DNA of 64,000 bases. It comes from Tubulanus polymorphus (lineage: Eukaryota > Animalia > Nemertea). The stretch covers positions 13,700,686-13,764,685 of the forward strand of contig NC_134035.1 of NCBI RefSeq assembly GCF_964204645.1. The letters run 5' to 3'. Below are positions 13,846 through 27,417 of this stretch, in pieces. Below the pieces are notes generated by a model. That model did no database searches, was not told the DNA's origin, and saw only the letters and a program-made list of their open reading frames with translations. Every line of letters begins with the position of its first letter. Position 1 is the stretch's first letter. Position numbers and translations under genes: made by a program.

Positions 13846-15793
13846 GGTGAATTAGGCAGGGTAGACTTGTTTTAGGACGGAACTGATTGGAACTGACTCG
13901 TAAAAACAAACGAGAGATAAATGATAATGATATGGCTTCAGTTGAATTCTAGTGAAGCGAGGCGAATGAACGCTGAACCCGAGACTAATGAGTCTTAATA
14001 CACGAGGATATCATAAACCAATAACTATACACAAGACTGAACCAGCGAATCAGTCAACCAGTTATTCCCCTTATCGGTCCCGGCTCTCCAGATTAGATCA
14101 ATGAAAATATCCATCCCAGTTTTATTCATAAACGATTTTTCATTTTTGACAATTGGAATCATCTGAACGCAAAGATCAATTACGTGATCACGATTGAGAA
14201 ATAAAATAAACATATAAACTTAAAACGTAAAAAAATTCTAAAGTATCGTGTGATATGTTGTACGTCGACATTGTGGGGGTAAACACGTACTCAAAGCGCA
14301 CCCTGGTGTAGTGAAAATACACTATAGGTCGTAAAGCGCCCTCCGCTGGCTTAAAGAAGGAACACCGTCACATTTTAAGTCGTAAAGTGCCCCCTGGTGT
14401 AGATAACAAACACTAGGTTATGAAGTGCCCCCTGGCGTAGAGAACAAATACTAGGTTATGAAGTGCCCCCTGGCGTAGAGAACAAACATTATATAGACTG
14501 GTGATGTAAATGATTAGCTGCGCTCGCTCGCAATGATTTACTTATATAACAAGTGTATGCAGATTACTGCGCCCATCGAATCGTGAAGCGGCTAAATTGA
14601 AATATTGCGCGTTAGTAAATAGTTCTTCTCAATCGGAAATCATCATTTCTCTTGAGTCGAAAGAATTGTTGGGTGTGTTTTTGATGGCGTCGCCGCTTAC
14701 ACCATAGTAACATCAAGAGTGGTACTCAATCATGGCCAAAGTCTTAGGATGGATGATTTCTACCCGGTGCGCCCGACGGGTTTCGTCAATTCACCATGAA
14801 ATTACTGATTTCCGTTTGACATAACGAATTCGGCAGCTGTGAAAATCAAGCAGTCAATCTGTTGTGGACCGAATCACGCGCACTAATCTGAGATTTACTG
14901 CCGACTCATGCGCAGTCGACTGTATTAGTAGAACCAGTCAGAATTAGATTGAATTCTATCGGTGAGATGCGCGCGCATCATCGTCAGCGACAAGATCGAC
15001 TTTACCGTGAAATAATTGCCTAAACTTGTAAGGGTTCTTTGGATGGTTCTGTAGCAGGGTTCTCCCGGGGAGAGACCGGTGCGGTATGCGGGTAGAATCG
15101 ATAACGCGACGCTCCGATATTTAAAAGGCTTCCTATTTTTTGAAGTTCGAATCTAACGATCGTTAACGGTTCTAATTATTGTAACGTCGGTTTTGTTTCC
15201 CGGTCGTTAGATCCGGGTACTTGATCATTTCGCGCCGTGACGACTCGGCCGTGTCACGTGATCATTCTGTACCGTTGACCATTTGTGAAATTGGATATCT
15301 TTCGGTTGACGAGGGGGAGGCAAGAGTCTGTGCAAAATTAGCTAACTTTCTGGAAACGAACGTGATTGCGCAGTCAGAATCGGGGGCAACCGCTGGAAAA
15401 AATCTTCCAGACGGCCGCACTCCATAAAATTGTCATTTATACGGTATTCTAGATCGATATTTGCAGCCGGTGATTGGTTGTCGAAGTAACGGAAACCTTT
15501 ATAAGTATCGCGGTATAGACGTGATCAGCGCCGAGTTGTGCGCCGTCTGCTAGACTGAACCAGAATAAAGCTATAGCACGTATTTTACGGGCCGATGGTC
15601 GCTTCATCTTATAATTAGTAATTTGTCATGATCAGAACCGACTGTTAGTGATGGCTGCTGCTGCTGCTGCTGCTGCTGCTACTACTGCTGCTGCTGCAAC
15701 AAAAATGATTATAATATTCACGGCCCCAAAATATCGAATAATTTAGCGCTGGTGAAATCAGTGAGGTGAGAGGGGTGTGACTGCACCAGCAGC

Positions 15794-15839
<46 letters not shown>

Positions 15840-17034
15840 CTACCAGCAATGAGCAGCAGCTTTGTTTCTTCTTAAATGATATGAATGGCCCTTTCGAAGG
15901 AACAAGAATTATATACATCCAACCTTTGGGACAGACACAAGATATATGGGAGGGGGTGAGAAGTGATGGAGGCAAGGAGGGAATGAGGAGGGAGGCCAGA
16001 AGTGAGGGAGACAAGGAGGGAAGGGGTAATTTATAATAATAGCGAATATATTTCCAGTTATAGAACGATTGATCGATTTCGCTGATTCATATAAGTCATA
16101 GGTCATATAAGTCAAGCCAACAGTAGAAATCAACAAATTATGAATAAAAGATTTACACAGATCAATGCGTTTTTACAAATTATTCGACTCTCTACCGAAA
16201 ATCTCATTAGTTGAGATCTCAATCTCGTTTTGAGAGTTGATAAATGATAAATCGCAGCGCATCAGGCTCCACACGAGATGCGCAAGTCGCAAGGGCTGTT
16301 TGATCCTTTATTGAAAATCACAGATAGTGTTTTGAGATAACCTGTGTCACGTGTGTTACACTCAGCCTCGCCGGGCAGACGACTCCACGTGCTATTCAGA
16401 CAGTAACGGCAATATTTTTCCGCGTTACGGACGAACGCTCTGTTCATCTGCTGGGAGAACGCCCAGACCCTCGGCGGACTAGTGAATTCAACCAGCCGCG
16501 TCGCCAAAAACAATCGGGTTGTTCTTGCGTCAATACGGCGTATCGGAACATCGCCGAGTTTACTACGAAACGGACAATAGTTTAAACGCGTTTTCATTGA
16601 ATATTTTACCAGTTGAACGGTCACATTTTGAACGGACCAATGATAGCCTTTGTAACAACGCCGCGACGTGTGACAAACAGGCGAAAGCTTTACGAATTAC
16701 TAATAGATGTTTTACCGGCAGATAATTCCATCCTACTTCAATAAATCTCCTCTCGAGGATGAAAACATTCGCGCGCGCGCAGTGCCGGTGGAAATTAATT
16801 ACACCTCCGGCAGTTCCTTGATAGAAAATGATCTCTCAACTTATTAAACATCTTGACGAACATAACTAAACTCCACAGTCCCACAGTGTGTCCGAGTTAA
16901 CGACATGCTCCGTGCCGTAAAGCGGTCGACAACAATACCCGTTCTCTATATCCCAGCAACAGCAATACAATGATTCTAATATACAATATTTTTTATTCGC
17001 ATCTTAGAAATGATAACTGCAAAAATTATGCTCT

Positions 17035-17425
17035 GATCTCCTCTTCACTCCCTTCTTTTCTCTCCTCTCTCTTCCGCTCCCCTCTCTCTCCATCCCCTCT
17101 CTCTTTCTCAATCTCTCTCTCATCCCCCTCTCTCCCTCTCTCACTCTCTCCTCTGTCACTATTTCATTCTCCCAACTCTCTCCCATCCTCCTCTCTCCCA
17201 GCCGCTTTTCTCCATCTACCTTTCTTCTCTCTCCTCTCCCACTCTCTTTCGTTCTCTCAATCTCTCTCCCATCCCCCTCTCTCCCTCTCTCACTCTCTCC
17301 TCTCTCACTCTTTCGTTCTCTCCCCCTCTCCCCTCTCCCAGCCTCCTCTCTCCCTCTACCTCTCCTCTCTCCCACTCTCTTCCGTTCTCCCCATCTCTCT
17401 CCCATCCCCCTCTTCCCCTCTCTGA
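17035..17425. repeat. CT-rich low-complexity tract
   Basis: Polypyrimidine sequence. Confidence 0.85.
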
Positions 17426-18129
17426 GCCCGCGGGACCCAATTCTTCTAACGCGCGCTGTTATAAATGAAACGAATTGTGGAAATCGTTGAAGCTGAAATT
17501 TTGCCATATTCCAGTCGACAGCCGCAGTCGATTAGAACACGTTACCGATCGTATCAGCAAAATGCTTTGAACTCACGAAATCTCATACACCAGGTTCACA
17601 GTGAATCAATTCAATATTCGATATTTCAATATTTCACAAATTATGTTTGCGCGCAGGGACTGAAGCGGCAGCGGCGGCGGTGTACACAGATTCCACGTGA
17701 TCGGTCGCTGTGAAAATTGAATGAAATTCATGTTTAATTTGCCGTTAATTTCGTATATCAGATTGAATGAATCTGTGTTTGCTGGTGCTGCTGCTACTAC
17801 TGGCCTGTCTGGCTGTTACCGAAATCCTCTGTCGAATTGCTATTTATTCAGTTTCTGGCTTGAAATGATTGACAATTCCTCCGAATATTTCAGTATCTGC
17901 AGATGCGAAGCCAGGATTTTTAAAAGTTATAGAGGCATCTGAACAGGCAGAAGCAATTCGGACTCTTTTATTTTCAATGTGCAGGAATTTTATAATCACT
18001 TATACAACCGGGCCACCCGGTCTCGTGCGTATTGCTAAATCTGTCCTTTTCAAATTAAGTGCCCATAAAGACCCAGAGAATCCTAGATCCGCCCTTGGTG
18101 TATATGTATAGGAGGGCAGAGGGGGGGGG

Positions 18130-18209
18130 GGAGATGGTAGACTCGGGCTGGTCTGAATCTCTCGCTCACTGAGAGAGGTGAAGGGGGGGGTTACACTCGG
18201 GCTGGTCTG

Positions 18210-18247
<38 letters not shown>

Positions 18248-18391
18248 AGAGAGGTGAAGGGGGGGGGGGGTAGACTCGGGCTGGTCTGAATCTCTCTCAC
18301 TGAGAGAGATGAAGGGGGGTAGACTCGGGCTGGTCTGAATCTCTCGCTCACTGAGAGAGGTGAAGGGGGGGGTTACACTCGGGCTGGTCTG

Positions 18392-18431
<40 letters not shown>

Positions 18432-18519
18432 AGAGAGGTGAAGGGGGGGGGTAGACTCGGGCTGGTCTGAATCTCTCTCACTGAGAGAGATGAAGGGGGG
18501 TTACACTCGGGCTGGTCTG

Positions 18520-18559
<40 letters not shown>

Positions 18560-18862
18560 AGAGAGATGAAGGGGGGTAGACTCGGGCTGGTCTGAATCTC
18601 TCTCACTGAGAGAGATGAAGGGGGGTAGACTCGGGCTGGTCTGAATCTCTCGCTCACTGAGAGAGGTGGAGGGGGGTTACACTCGGGCTGGTCTGAATCT
18701 CTCTCTCTCTCTCTCTCTCTCACTGAGAGAGGTGGAAGGGGGTTAGACTCGGGCTGGTCTGAATCTCTCTCACTGAGAGAGATGAAGGGGGGTAGACTCG
18801 GGCTGGTCTGAATCTCTCGCTCACTGAGAGAGGTGGAGGGGGGTTACACTCGGGCTGGTCTG

Positions 18863-18908
<46 letters not shown>

Positions 18909-19044
18909 AGAGAGGTGGAAGGGGGTAGACTCGGGCTGGTCTGAATCTCTCTCACTGAGAGAGATGAAGGGGGGTAGACTCGGGCTGGTCTGAATCTCTC
19001 GCTCACTGAGAGAGGTGGAGGGGGGTTACACTCGGGCTGGTCTG

Positions 19045-19086
<42 letters not shown>

Positions 19087-19223
19087 AGAGAGGTGGAAGG
19101 GGGTTAGACTCGGGCTGGTCTGAATCTCTCTCACTGAGAGAGATGAAGGGGGGTAGACTCGGGCTGGTCTGAATCTCTCGCTCACTGAGAGAGGTGGAGG
19201 GGGGTTACACTCGGGCTGGTCTG

Positions 19224-19271
<48 letters not shown>

Positions 19272-19370
19272 AGAGAGGTGAAGGGGGGTTACATTCGGGC
19301 TGGTCTGAATCTCTCTCACTGAGAGAGATGAAGGGGGGTAGACTCGGGCTGGTCTGAATCTCTCTCTGTG
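18130..19370. repeat. ~48-bp minisatellite with embedded (CT)n and higher-order structure
   Basis: Unit CTCACTGAGAGAGRTGRAGGGGGG-TAGACTC/TTACACTC-GGGCTGGTCTGAATCTCT repeated about 20 times. Confidence 0.92.
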
Positions 19371-19549
19371 ATGGTGAATGCGAGAAGAGTCGGTTGTATA
19401 GAGAGAGGAGAGGAGCCTGCGGCAACCAGGGGAACGTAAACAGACATCTTTCTCGTTGACTGGATGCTGCAATTTTCGCGGTGTTTGAAGTCGGTGAGAT
19501 TTAATGGTTTCCAACACTAATCAGCGGAAAATACAATCAGAACAGACAC

Positions 19550-19900
19550 AACACCATCAGAGTCTCCTCCGTACCGCTGCGTCGAGGGGGGTACAGGGAC
19601 ACGGGACGAGAGAGGGAAGGAGAGAGGAGAGAGGGAGAGGGAGGAGGAGACACCATCAGAGTCTCCTCCATAGCACTGCGTCGAGGGGGGTACAGGGACA
19701 CGGGACGAGAGAGGGAAGGAGAGATGAGAGAGGGAGAGGGAGGAGGAGACACCATCAGAGTCTCCTCCATACCGCTACGTCGAGGGGGGTACTGGGACAC
19801 GGGACGAGAGAGAGGGCAGGAAAGAGGGAGAGAGAGGAGGAGAGAGAGGAGGAGAGGAGAGAGGGAGACACCATCAGAGTCTCCTCCATACCGCTGCACG
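19550..19900. repeat. ~99-bp tandem repeat, ~3.5 copies
   Basis: ACACCATCAGAGTCTCCTCC at 19551, 19650, 19749, 19869. Confidence 0.88.
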
Positions 19901-20319
19901 GGAGAGGGTAAACCCGGGACTAGAAATGTAGGGAGAGAGACGGAGAGAAGAGATGGCGCTGTGCACTGGTTCCATTGTCTGACAATCAGTAGGAAGTTGA
20001 TATAATACAAATATATTTTATTTTCAGTCAAATTTAGTGGAAAATAGATTTTATGGTCGGATCATTTAACCGGAAATATTTCATCTAAATAGTTCTATTG
20101 TTTGGAGAACGCGAGGACATCATCGCCACAGTCTAGTTCAGTCTATCGGATGTATTTATATGAAAACGTGTTTGCGATTGTATACATTTTTCACAGCATG
20201 ATTTAATGTCGATTTCGTGTTGAGTTCGATCAACTGAAAACAGTTAAATCTACCGTGAAAATAAGTTGTATTTAAATCACGGCTGTTCGCTATGTCCATT
20301 AGGATAACAATGCATCATC

Positions 20320-20815
20320 TCTTTACATCTCTATCTCCCTCTCTCTCTCTCCCTCACTCTCCTCTCTCCGCTCTCTCCCTTTCTCATTTCACCTCTCTCC
20401 TCTCCCCTCTCACCCCATCTCCCCTCCTCTCTCCTCCCTCTCTCCCTTCTCTCCTCACTCCTCCCTTCTCTCCTCTCTCCTCTCTCTCCTCTCTCTCCTC
20501 TCTCTCCTCTCTCCTCTCTCCTCTCTCCTCTCTCCTCTCTCCTCTCTCCTCTCTCCTCTCTCCTCTCTCCTCTCTCCTCTCTCCTCTCTCCTCTCTCTCC
20601 TCTCTCCTCTCTCCTCTCTCCTCTCTCCTCTCTCCTCTCTCCTCTCTCCTCTCTCCTCGCTCCTCTCTCTTCTATCCCTCTCCTCTCCCCTCTCTCCCTT
20701 CTCTCCCCTCTCCTCTCTCCCCTTTTTTTCATTTCCTACCTCTTTCCTTCCTCCCTCTCCCCACTCTCCCCATCTCCCCCTCTCTCCCCCCTCTCTCCCT
20801 CTCTCCTCTTTCTCT
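20320..20815. repeat. CT-rich / (CTCCTCT)n tract
   Basis: Polypyrimidine microsatellite. Confidence 0.9.
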
Positions 20816-23589
20816 CATTTCGAGTTTGATACTTTTTCAATTTTTCTATCTATAATTCAATTAACCTAAATACATTGACATTAACTCAACAGGCAGGGGC
20901 TACACCCTTCTCCCTGTCACACCCCATACTCAACAGGCAGGGGGCTACACCCTTCTCCCTGTCACACCCCTTACTCTTATATCTCACCCCACACAATTCG
21001 TGTCACGCAACATTAACTGCTTTTAGCTTTCATTTCATGTTTTTATATTATGATTGAACAACATCCAGTTATACGTATTAATTCCTAACAGTTAATGTAT
21101 CGTTAATTGGTATCGTATCAAATTTCTTGATATTTCACAGATCTAGTTTTTCCACACCCATATAGTTTAGGGATTAGATTTCAATTTCAGGCGACCCTCC
21201 TGTTGTCCATCGATTGTATTATATAATTCATTCCATTGTCGCTATTGGCGATGTGTCTTTTTGCTATAAATTGCGCCTTTGTCAGGCGGAAAAATATTTG
21301 TGAAAAAATATTAGAATCAGTTTATTTAATTATTCTCGTTTCGTACGAGCAACGAATGCGTTTTAAATATCGTAAAATTAATTGAATCATTAAAAGTGAT
21401 TTCTGCGTAAAATGTTGAAAAAATATTTAAGTGAAATGCAATCAAATATCAATGGTTAAGGTATCCGCCAAGTCGACACAATACTGAATTCGAATGACTA
21501 TTCGTGAGCCTCAATTTTCATTTCTAATTCAATAGTCCAAATGCGTCCAAATTTTCTTTCCAAATAGTCCAAATGTGTATTTCATATCCAAGTTATTTAG
21601 TGTAAATTATCATTAAGGTAATTCGTCAACATAATGACGTCTCAACTACGATTTCAACAGCGAGTTTGATAGATACAGCTGTATAGCTACTGTTATTGAT
21701 ATCAGATTTTGAAAATATCAAAAATTCATCAAGACTAGTCTTTTTGATAATATCAATATCATTAAAGCCGTTTTTTTATAATGAAAGAATGTTCATTTTA
21801 TTATTAAGGATCCTTCCTCGATGAAGCGTCCGATACGACAAACAGCGGGTAACAGACGATCTTTACTCAAATCCGGGATTAACAGAATAAAGACCTCGAG
21901 TACCCGTGAACAAATAATCCTATAATCCTAATCCTTATCGGGGCGCATAAGAAGGTTGGTATTGTGGTTTTTGTGTATCGGGGTGAACTGGTCCGTTGGG
22001 TCCAGGTATTGTAACACATCCCCGGAGACGTGTAGCTAAGGATGCGCGATGCCTTGTAAGTGATGTTGTTTGCGAGCTATAGACGACGTCACGCTGATAT
22101 TGCTAGGATCCACGATCTGATTAACATGCTCAAATCACCATGAATTCAACTCGCCTGATTTGTCACTTTATTGCGCGGAGAGAAATCCTTCAATTTGTAT
22201 CACGCCTGATTTCTGAGAGACCGGCTTTACCTACAGACAGAACCGCGCGGAAAAAGTCTGGAAGAATCTCCCGACCGCCCCCGGGCCTCGCGCTGTTCTA
22301 CGCATCTCTTGATTTCTTTGTCAGGGGGGTGATGTACCAGTGATATCCCATGGCGATTCCTAGCAGGGATCTCTTGATGCCACGTGGTGTGAGCGACTTA
22401 AAGATTAAGACGTTTTAGAGAGACCCTCGCTTGCCGAGGGTGCTAACATAATCTCCGTAACAAAGGTGTAAATATACGGGTTTTCCGCATTAGAGTCTGC
22501 GCGCGCATTATGTGTTACCTGTCAATCATAATTGGATGCGGAATTTTTGATTTAAAACTAATTTAGACGCAAACATTGATGTGAATAAACACTATTTCTG
22601 TCTATGAAAATACATAAATACACAAAATTGTGTCAAGGAGCTTTGAATTCAATTTGTTCAAATCAAAAAATTTAATCCAATGAATAAGTTTCCAGTTTCT
22701 AGGCGCCATATTGTGGCGGTCCCTCGAGGTCCCCATTGTTGCGATTGTCACTCTTTTTTGACTTTTTTTTAGGATCGAATATCAATTTGCTTTGTAGTCC
22801 TTCGCTTGATAAACTTAATTTATACTTTTAACTCTATAACATTGAGTCGAAAAAACCCCAACTGTGGAACTGGACCCAGCATAGCCAGTAAAACAACATC
22901 GCCAACTGTGAGTTGGACCCATAGATCCACAAGCTTCACAATCGTGGTCTATCATATCATACCATAAGACAGTTCCAATCGGCCTGAAGAACCAGGTTTG
23001 GTCATAGGCTGGGCATAAATCTAAGCCTTAGGCCCGGAGGGTTATTAAACCAATTGACTGTAACTTGTGCATGGACCCCCGGGTTAAAAGTTAAACTGCC
23101 CCGAATGGCTAGAAATTATTTCTAATTGTGAAATCGAATTGATAGAGAAAAAGACGATAAAAAATCGACAGCAGGGAGTTGTAAATGTGTGAGAGGTGTG
23201 TGTAATACCAGGGGGTCGTCCTGGACACAATACTGGGTGTGTTTATATCAAACTACCACAAATAATTCGTTTAATGTTCATCGAAGTCCGGAGTCAATAT
23301 GGGCGTCGACGGCGCCTGTCCAGGACAACATCAGAAATCAATTCTGGTCAGAAATATATCATTGTCGAGATATAATTTGTAAGGATCGATATAATATCGG
23401 TACGCGCGCGTCAGGCGTTAGGAAAAAAACATGTTTATATAGATATAATGCTAACGATGTGGAATTGGCCTCGGGTAGTGAGGACACCCGGTCAGGTTAG
23501 GATTGCCCTTCGAGGCAGGGAATCGCTGGACCCAGAGGCATCTTTAGGTCGTTTAGGACAATCGCTTAACTGAATATGAGAAAATACAT

Positions 23590-23925
23590 TCTAAGCAAAT
23601 GTGGAATTGGAGCTGGAGTCAAATTAAATCCACACAACTGTGGAACTGGATTCAGAGTCAAACTAAACCCACACAACTGTGGAACTGGATTCAGAGTCAA
23701 ACTAAACCCACACAACTGTGGAACTGGATTCAGAGTCAAACTAAACCCACACAACTGTGGAACTGGATTCAGAGTCAAACTAAACCCACACAACTGTGGA
23801 ACTGGATTCAGAGTCAAACTAGACCCACACAACTGTGGAACTGGATTCAGAGTCAAACTAAACCTAAACAATGTGGAACTGGAGCTAGAGTCAAAATTAA
23901 ACCCACACAACTGTGGAACTGAATC
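23590..23925. repeat. 39-bp minisatellite, ~8 copies
   Basis: Unit CACACAACTGTGGAACTGGATTCAGAGTCAAACTAAACC. Confidence 0.92.
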
Positions 23926-25609
23926 CACCCCTACAGTTACAGCTATTGCGCCATGTATTCTGCTCAGGTGGAAGCGAGGTGACACTCTTACAAGACAAGT
24001 TAAGCCGATTTGGTGATCAGCAGCGCAGAAAATATTCCTTCAAAATAATCATTTCAGCGCGGCTTCTAAAGAATCCGTATCGAAGAGAAGGTATAGAAGG
24101 CGGTGTGCGCGCGCAGGATGCGCGGTGTCGAGTATAGGACAGGAACTGACGAACCGGAAGTGATGAGTACCGAAAGCTAGCAAATGAATCTCTGACGATA
24201 TCAATCTGTGCAGAAATAATGCTTTAATGCAATTGTGATTATGATTAGCCGCTCACTGCCGAAAGGCCAACAACAAATTACTGTAGGTTTGGACAACCTC
24301 GCGACGACGTTGATGATATCGCTTTCTTCATTTGGTTCTTCTTAACGACCATATTACGCATTCATTGGGATGCTGCTGATGCTGCTGCTGCTGCCGATGC
24401 TGCTGATGCTGCTGCTGTAGGGATGATACGAGAGATACGGCTGAGACCGACAGAATCACGTTGATACGATGTGACATGTGATGATGAGGCAACTTGTCAG
24501 TAATTGGGTTCATCCCTTCATCAAGGGAGGTCGGAACACCAACAGGGAGGTCGGAGTCCCAGTTGGCAGGTGAGGGCACCAACAGGGAGGTGATGGCACG
24601 AGCAGGGAGGTCGGAGCCCCAACCGGGAGGTCGGGACACCAACAGAGAGGTGAGGGCACCAACAGAGAGGTTGAGGGAACCAGCAGGGAGGTCTTGTTTG
24701 GAAGACTCTTTTTTTCTCAATTTTTTTCTAAAATTTTGCCCGAAACACACAAATCTGTAAGCTGTTAATTCAGCCCGAAAGCCAAACTGGAACAGATTTG
24801 TATCTACAGGATTTGGGTGTATAACCCTGAGAGGAGAGTATCAGAAAACCCCCCGCAGCACCGGCGAAAATACGATATCTCTCTAGGGAAACCAGAGAAT
24901 AATTTCTGGAATCTAATTTCGCAAACACTCGACATTAATAGAGTAATAATAACGATTGAGGAGTGCGTGGTGCGTGGTGCATGGTGCGTGGTGCGTTGTG
25001 CGTGGTGGTCAGTGTTTTAAAGAGTGAAGAGAGTCGCGGATAGATATAGAGGGGGGTGAGAGGAGGAGGGAGGATTTTGTGTTGTATTAGGGTTTGATTT
25101 TATGGATAATTTAACCTGATAATTATACTCAACGATACACTGTTTGAAGATACCGACAAGTCCATATGTCACACACACACACACAGCAGATACCTCGGGA
25201 TCGTGTACACGGGGAGGATACCCCTACAGGCGCTGTGTACCCGCCGCGGACACGCTCCGGTAAGTTTCACGGACCGATTTAACAATCGATGAGATCTGGG
25301 GGGAAGACGAAATAACGTTTCTTCCAAAAAAAAACTTGTGTATTTTCTGGCAATTGCCAGACACAGCGCCCCACGGGACCAATAGAATATACCCGCGTCT
25401 TAAAGGTACGCAGGAGACAGGGAGAGTGAGAGTGCCGTGACTCCGGCAGCTGCTGAGTAAACAAATATAGGAAAATAAAGAAGATATCCATAAATACAGC
25501 AGGATTCTGTAGCAACCAGGTTAGGCCTACAGGGCCTGTTACTGGAAAGTTGGTCTGAATATGAGTTCCATAAACAAAATAACTGTCTATGATTATATTA
25601 TGAAAATAA

Positions 25610-25830
25610 ACTAAAAGAATAGTAACGTTTAGACTCAATTCTATGAGGCATTTTCAGAAACTAAGAGACTAGTGACGTTTAGACTCAATTCTATGAACCA
25701 TTTTCAAAAACTAAGAGAGTAGTGACGTTTAGACTCAATTCTATGAGACATTTTCAAAAACTAAGGGAGTAGTGTCGTTTAGACTAAATTCTGCCATTTT
25801 CAAAACAAAGAGAGTAGTTACGTTTATACT
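25610..25830. repeat. 50-bp tandem repeat, ~4.5 copies
   Basis: GTGACGTTTAGACTCAATTCTATGAG recurs at 50-bp spacing. Confidence 0.85.
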
Positions 25831-26899
25831 CTCTTAAGAATTATGAGGTTTGCTACGGTCCTAGGCTCAGTGGAACTGTGGAACAGTGGAACTGGGTCAT
25901 CTAGAAATCATTCCACATTATATTCTAGACCGGACATGGGCAACTGATTTCACAAAAGCTCTCTAACTAACTAACACTCACAGAACTGCTTTCAATGCGA
26001 GCTAATTACTAAATAAAATCAATAACTGTTAATAACCGCCGGTAATTAAAGGTCGCTCGGTGTTATAATTAATAATCAGATTCTGTATGAGTGAACTCGA
26101 GGCTTGAATTAATTCCCAGTCTCGGTATGAAAGCGAGTGAAGCTAATTTGATATGAACTGCGCCGATACTCGTTCATTATTGCTATATTAAGGAAGTTCT
26201 GCGAGTTCCGTCGCCTACTTTTTACTCAATCATTAGAATCTCTCCCTCTCTCTCTCTGTCGTGGTACGGGCGTTTTTTTCTGTGTTGTATGTGTGGTTAT
26301 TTCACGCGTGAAAGACCCGACTCAATCGAGTCAGAGACCCTTTGAAGTATAGACCGTACACTTGATATCGGTGCGCGCGACGATAAGACGCCGCCGCACC
26401 CCGAGTTAGTTAGTTAATCAAATATATCGAATCGGTAACTCGTTTCAGCTAACAGTTCATCCACTCTAAAACTGGTTTACCCCGAGCAAACCGGTTTAAC
26501 CTGAACGCTTGATTCGGTTTACAGTTTAAAAGTTTGAAAACTTGCGGTAGATAATCGAATGCATCACCCTAACATATTATAGGAGTTGGCATTATTGAAA
26601 TTATCTCAGTAAAAGACAAACGAAGTTTCTTAGTTTGTCTGATCAGTTCGGTGACTGGGGACCAGTCAGCTGTGTGGTGACTGGGGACCAGTCAGCTGTG
26701 TGGAGCTCTTTTTCACTTACAGACTCGCTGTCACTTAGCGAAAAAATAAAATCGAAAGAAATATATATCATTTCAATAGCGTAGCGATGAATTTTCAACC
26801 GGTCAAAGATATGTCAACCAAAAAGATACTTAAGTTTTGGCCAGGCCAAAATGAAAAGCCAGGACGTCAACCACGCGGCTAACGCGTCCTTAACGGCTG

Positions 26900-27023
26900 G
26901 TACCCTAACCCTAGTTCCACCATAACCCTAACCCTAGCTAGATCGTAACCCTAACCCTAGCAGGACTCGAACCAGTGACCCCTGGCATGCCAGCTGAGCA
27001 TGCTAACCACTAGACCATAGACC
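26900..27023 (-). mobile_element. tRNA-derived SINE-like head followed by TTAGGG-like repeats
   Basis: Minus strand reads GGTCTATGGTCTAGTGGTTAGC (A box) ... GGTTCGAGTCC (B box), then three GGGTTAGGGT blocks. No intact acceptor stem, so not a tRNA gene. Confidence 0.5.
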
Positions 27024-27322
27024 TGTAGTGACTGTGCTAGTTTGTAAGTTTGGCTGGTCAGTGTGGTGACCGGTGGTCAGTCGGGTGTGGCGACTGGTCA
27101 CCAGTCAAGTGTGCGGTGACTCTATATTCACCAACTTTCATTTTTGATTTGACCAACCGTCCAAACCTTATCTGTACTTATTTAGGATTTCAGAATCAGA
27201 TCCACGTTTCGTTTCCTCGGCAGTTTGTAAACCGGGCACACAACAAATAAGTAGAAATCAAATCAAGTGAAATAAATAAGAAAGAAATCAAGATCAAAGA
27301 ACAATCAGTGTTGTTTTATTAC

Positions 27323-27360
<38 letters not shown>

Positions 27361-27417
27361 TGCAGCAGCAACAGCAGCATCAGCAGCAGCAGCAGCAGAT
27401 GCTGCAGCAGCAGTAGC
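27323..27417. repeat. (CAG)n microsatellite
   Basis: Interrupted CAG run. Confidence 0.9.

Noticed and set aside
13344-13850. Gly/Ala-rich silk-like ORFs
   Set aside because: The frame shifts between repeat blocks, and there is no ATG start or splice support; a triplet repeat.
21815-21860. Hammerhead ribozyme-like CGATGAAG...GACAAAC
   Set aside because: The core CUGANGA and GAAA motifs are disrupted and stems I and III cannot be formed.
23566-24016. ORFs in three frames with 13-aa repeats
   Set aside because: 39-bp minisatellite.
26955-27023. Functional tRNA gene
   Set aside because: A and B boxes are present, but acceptor and anticodon stems do not pair properly.
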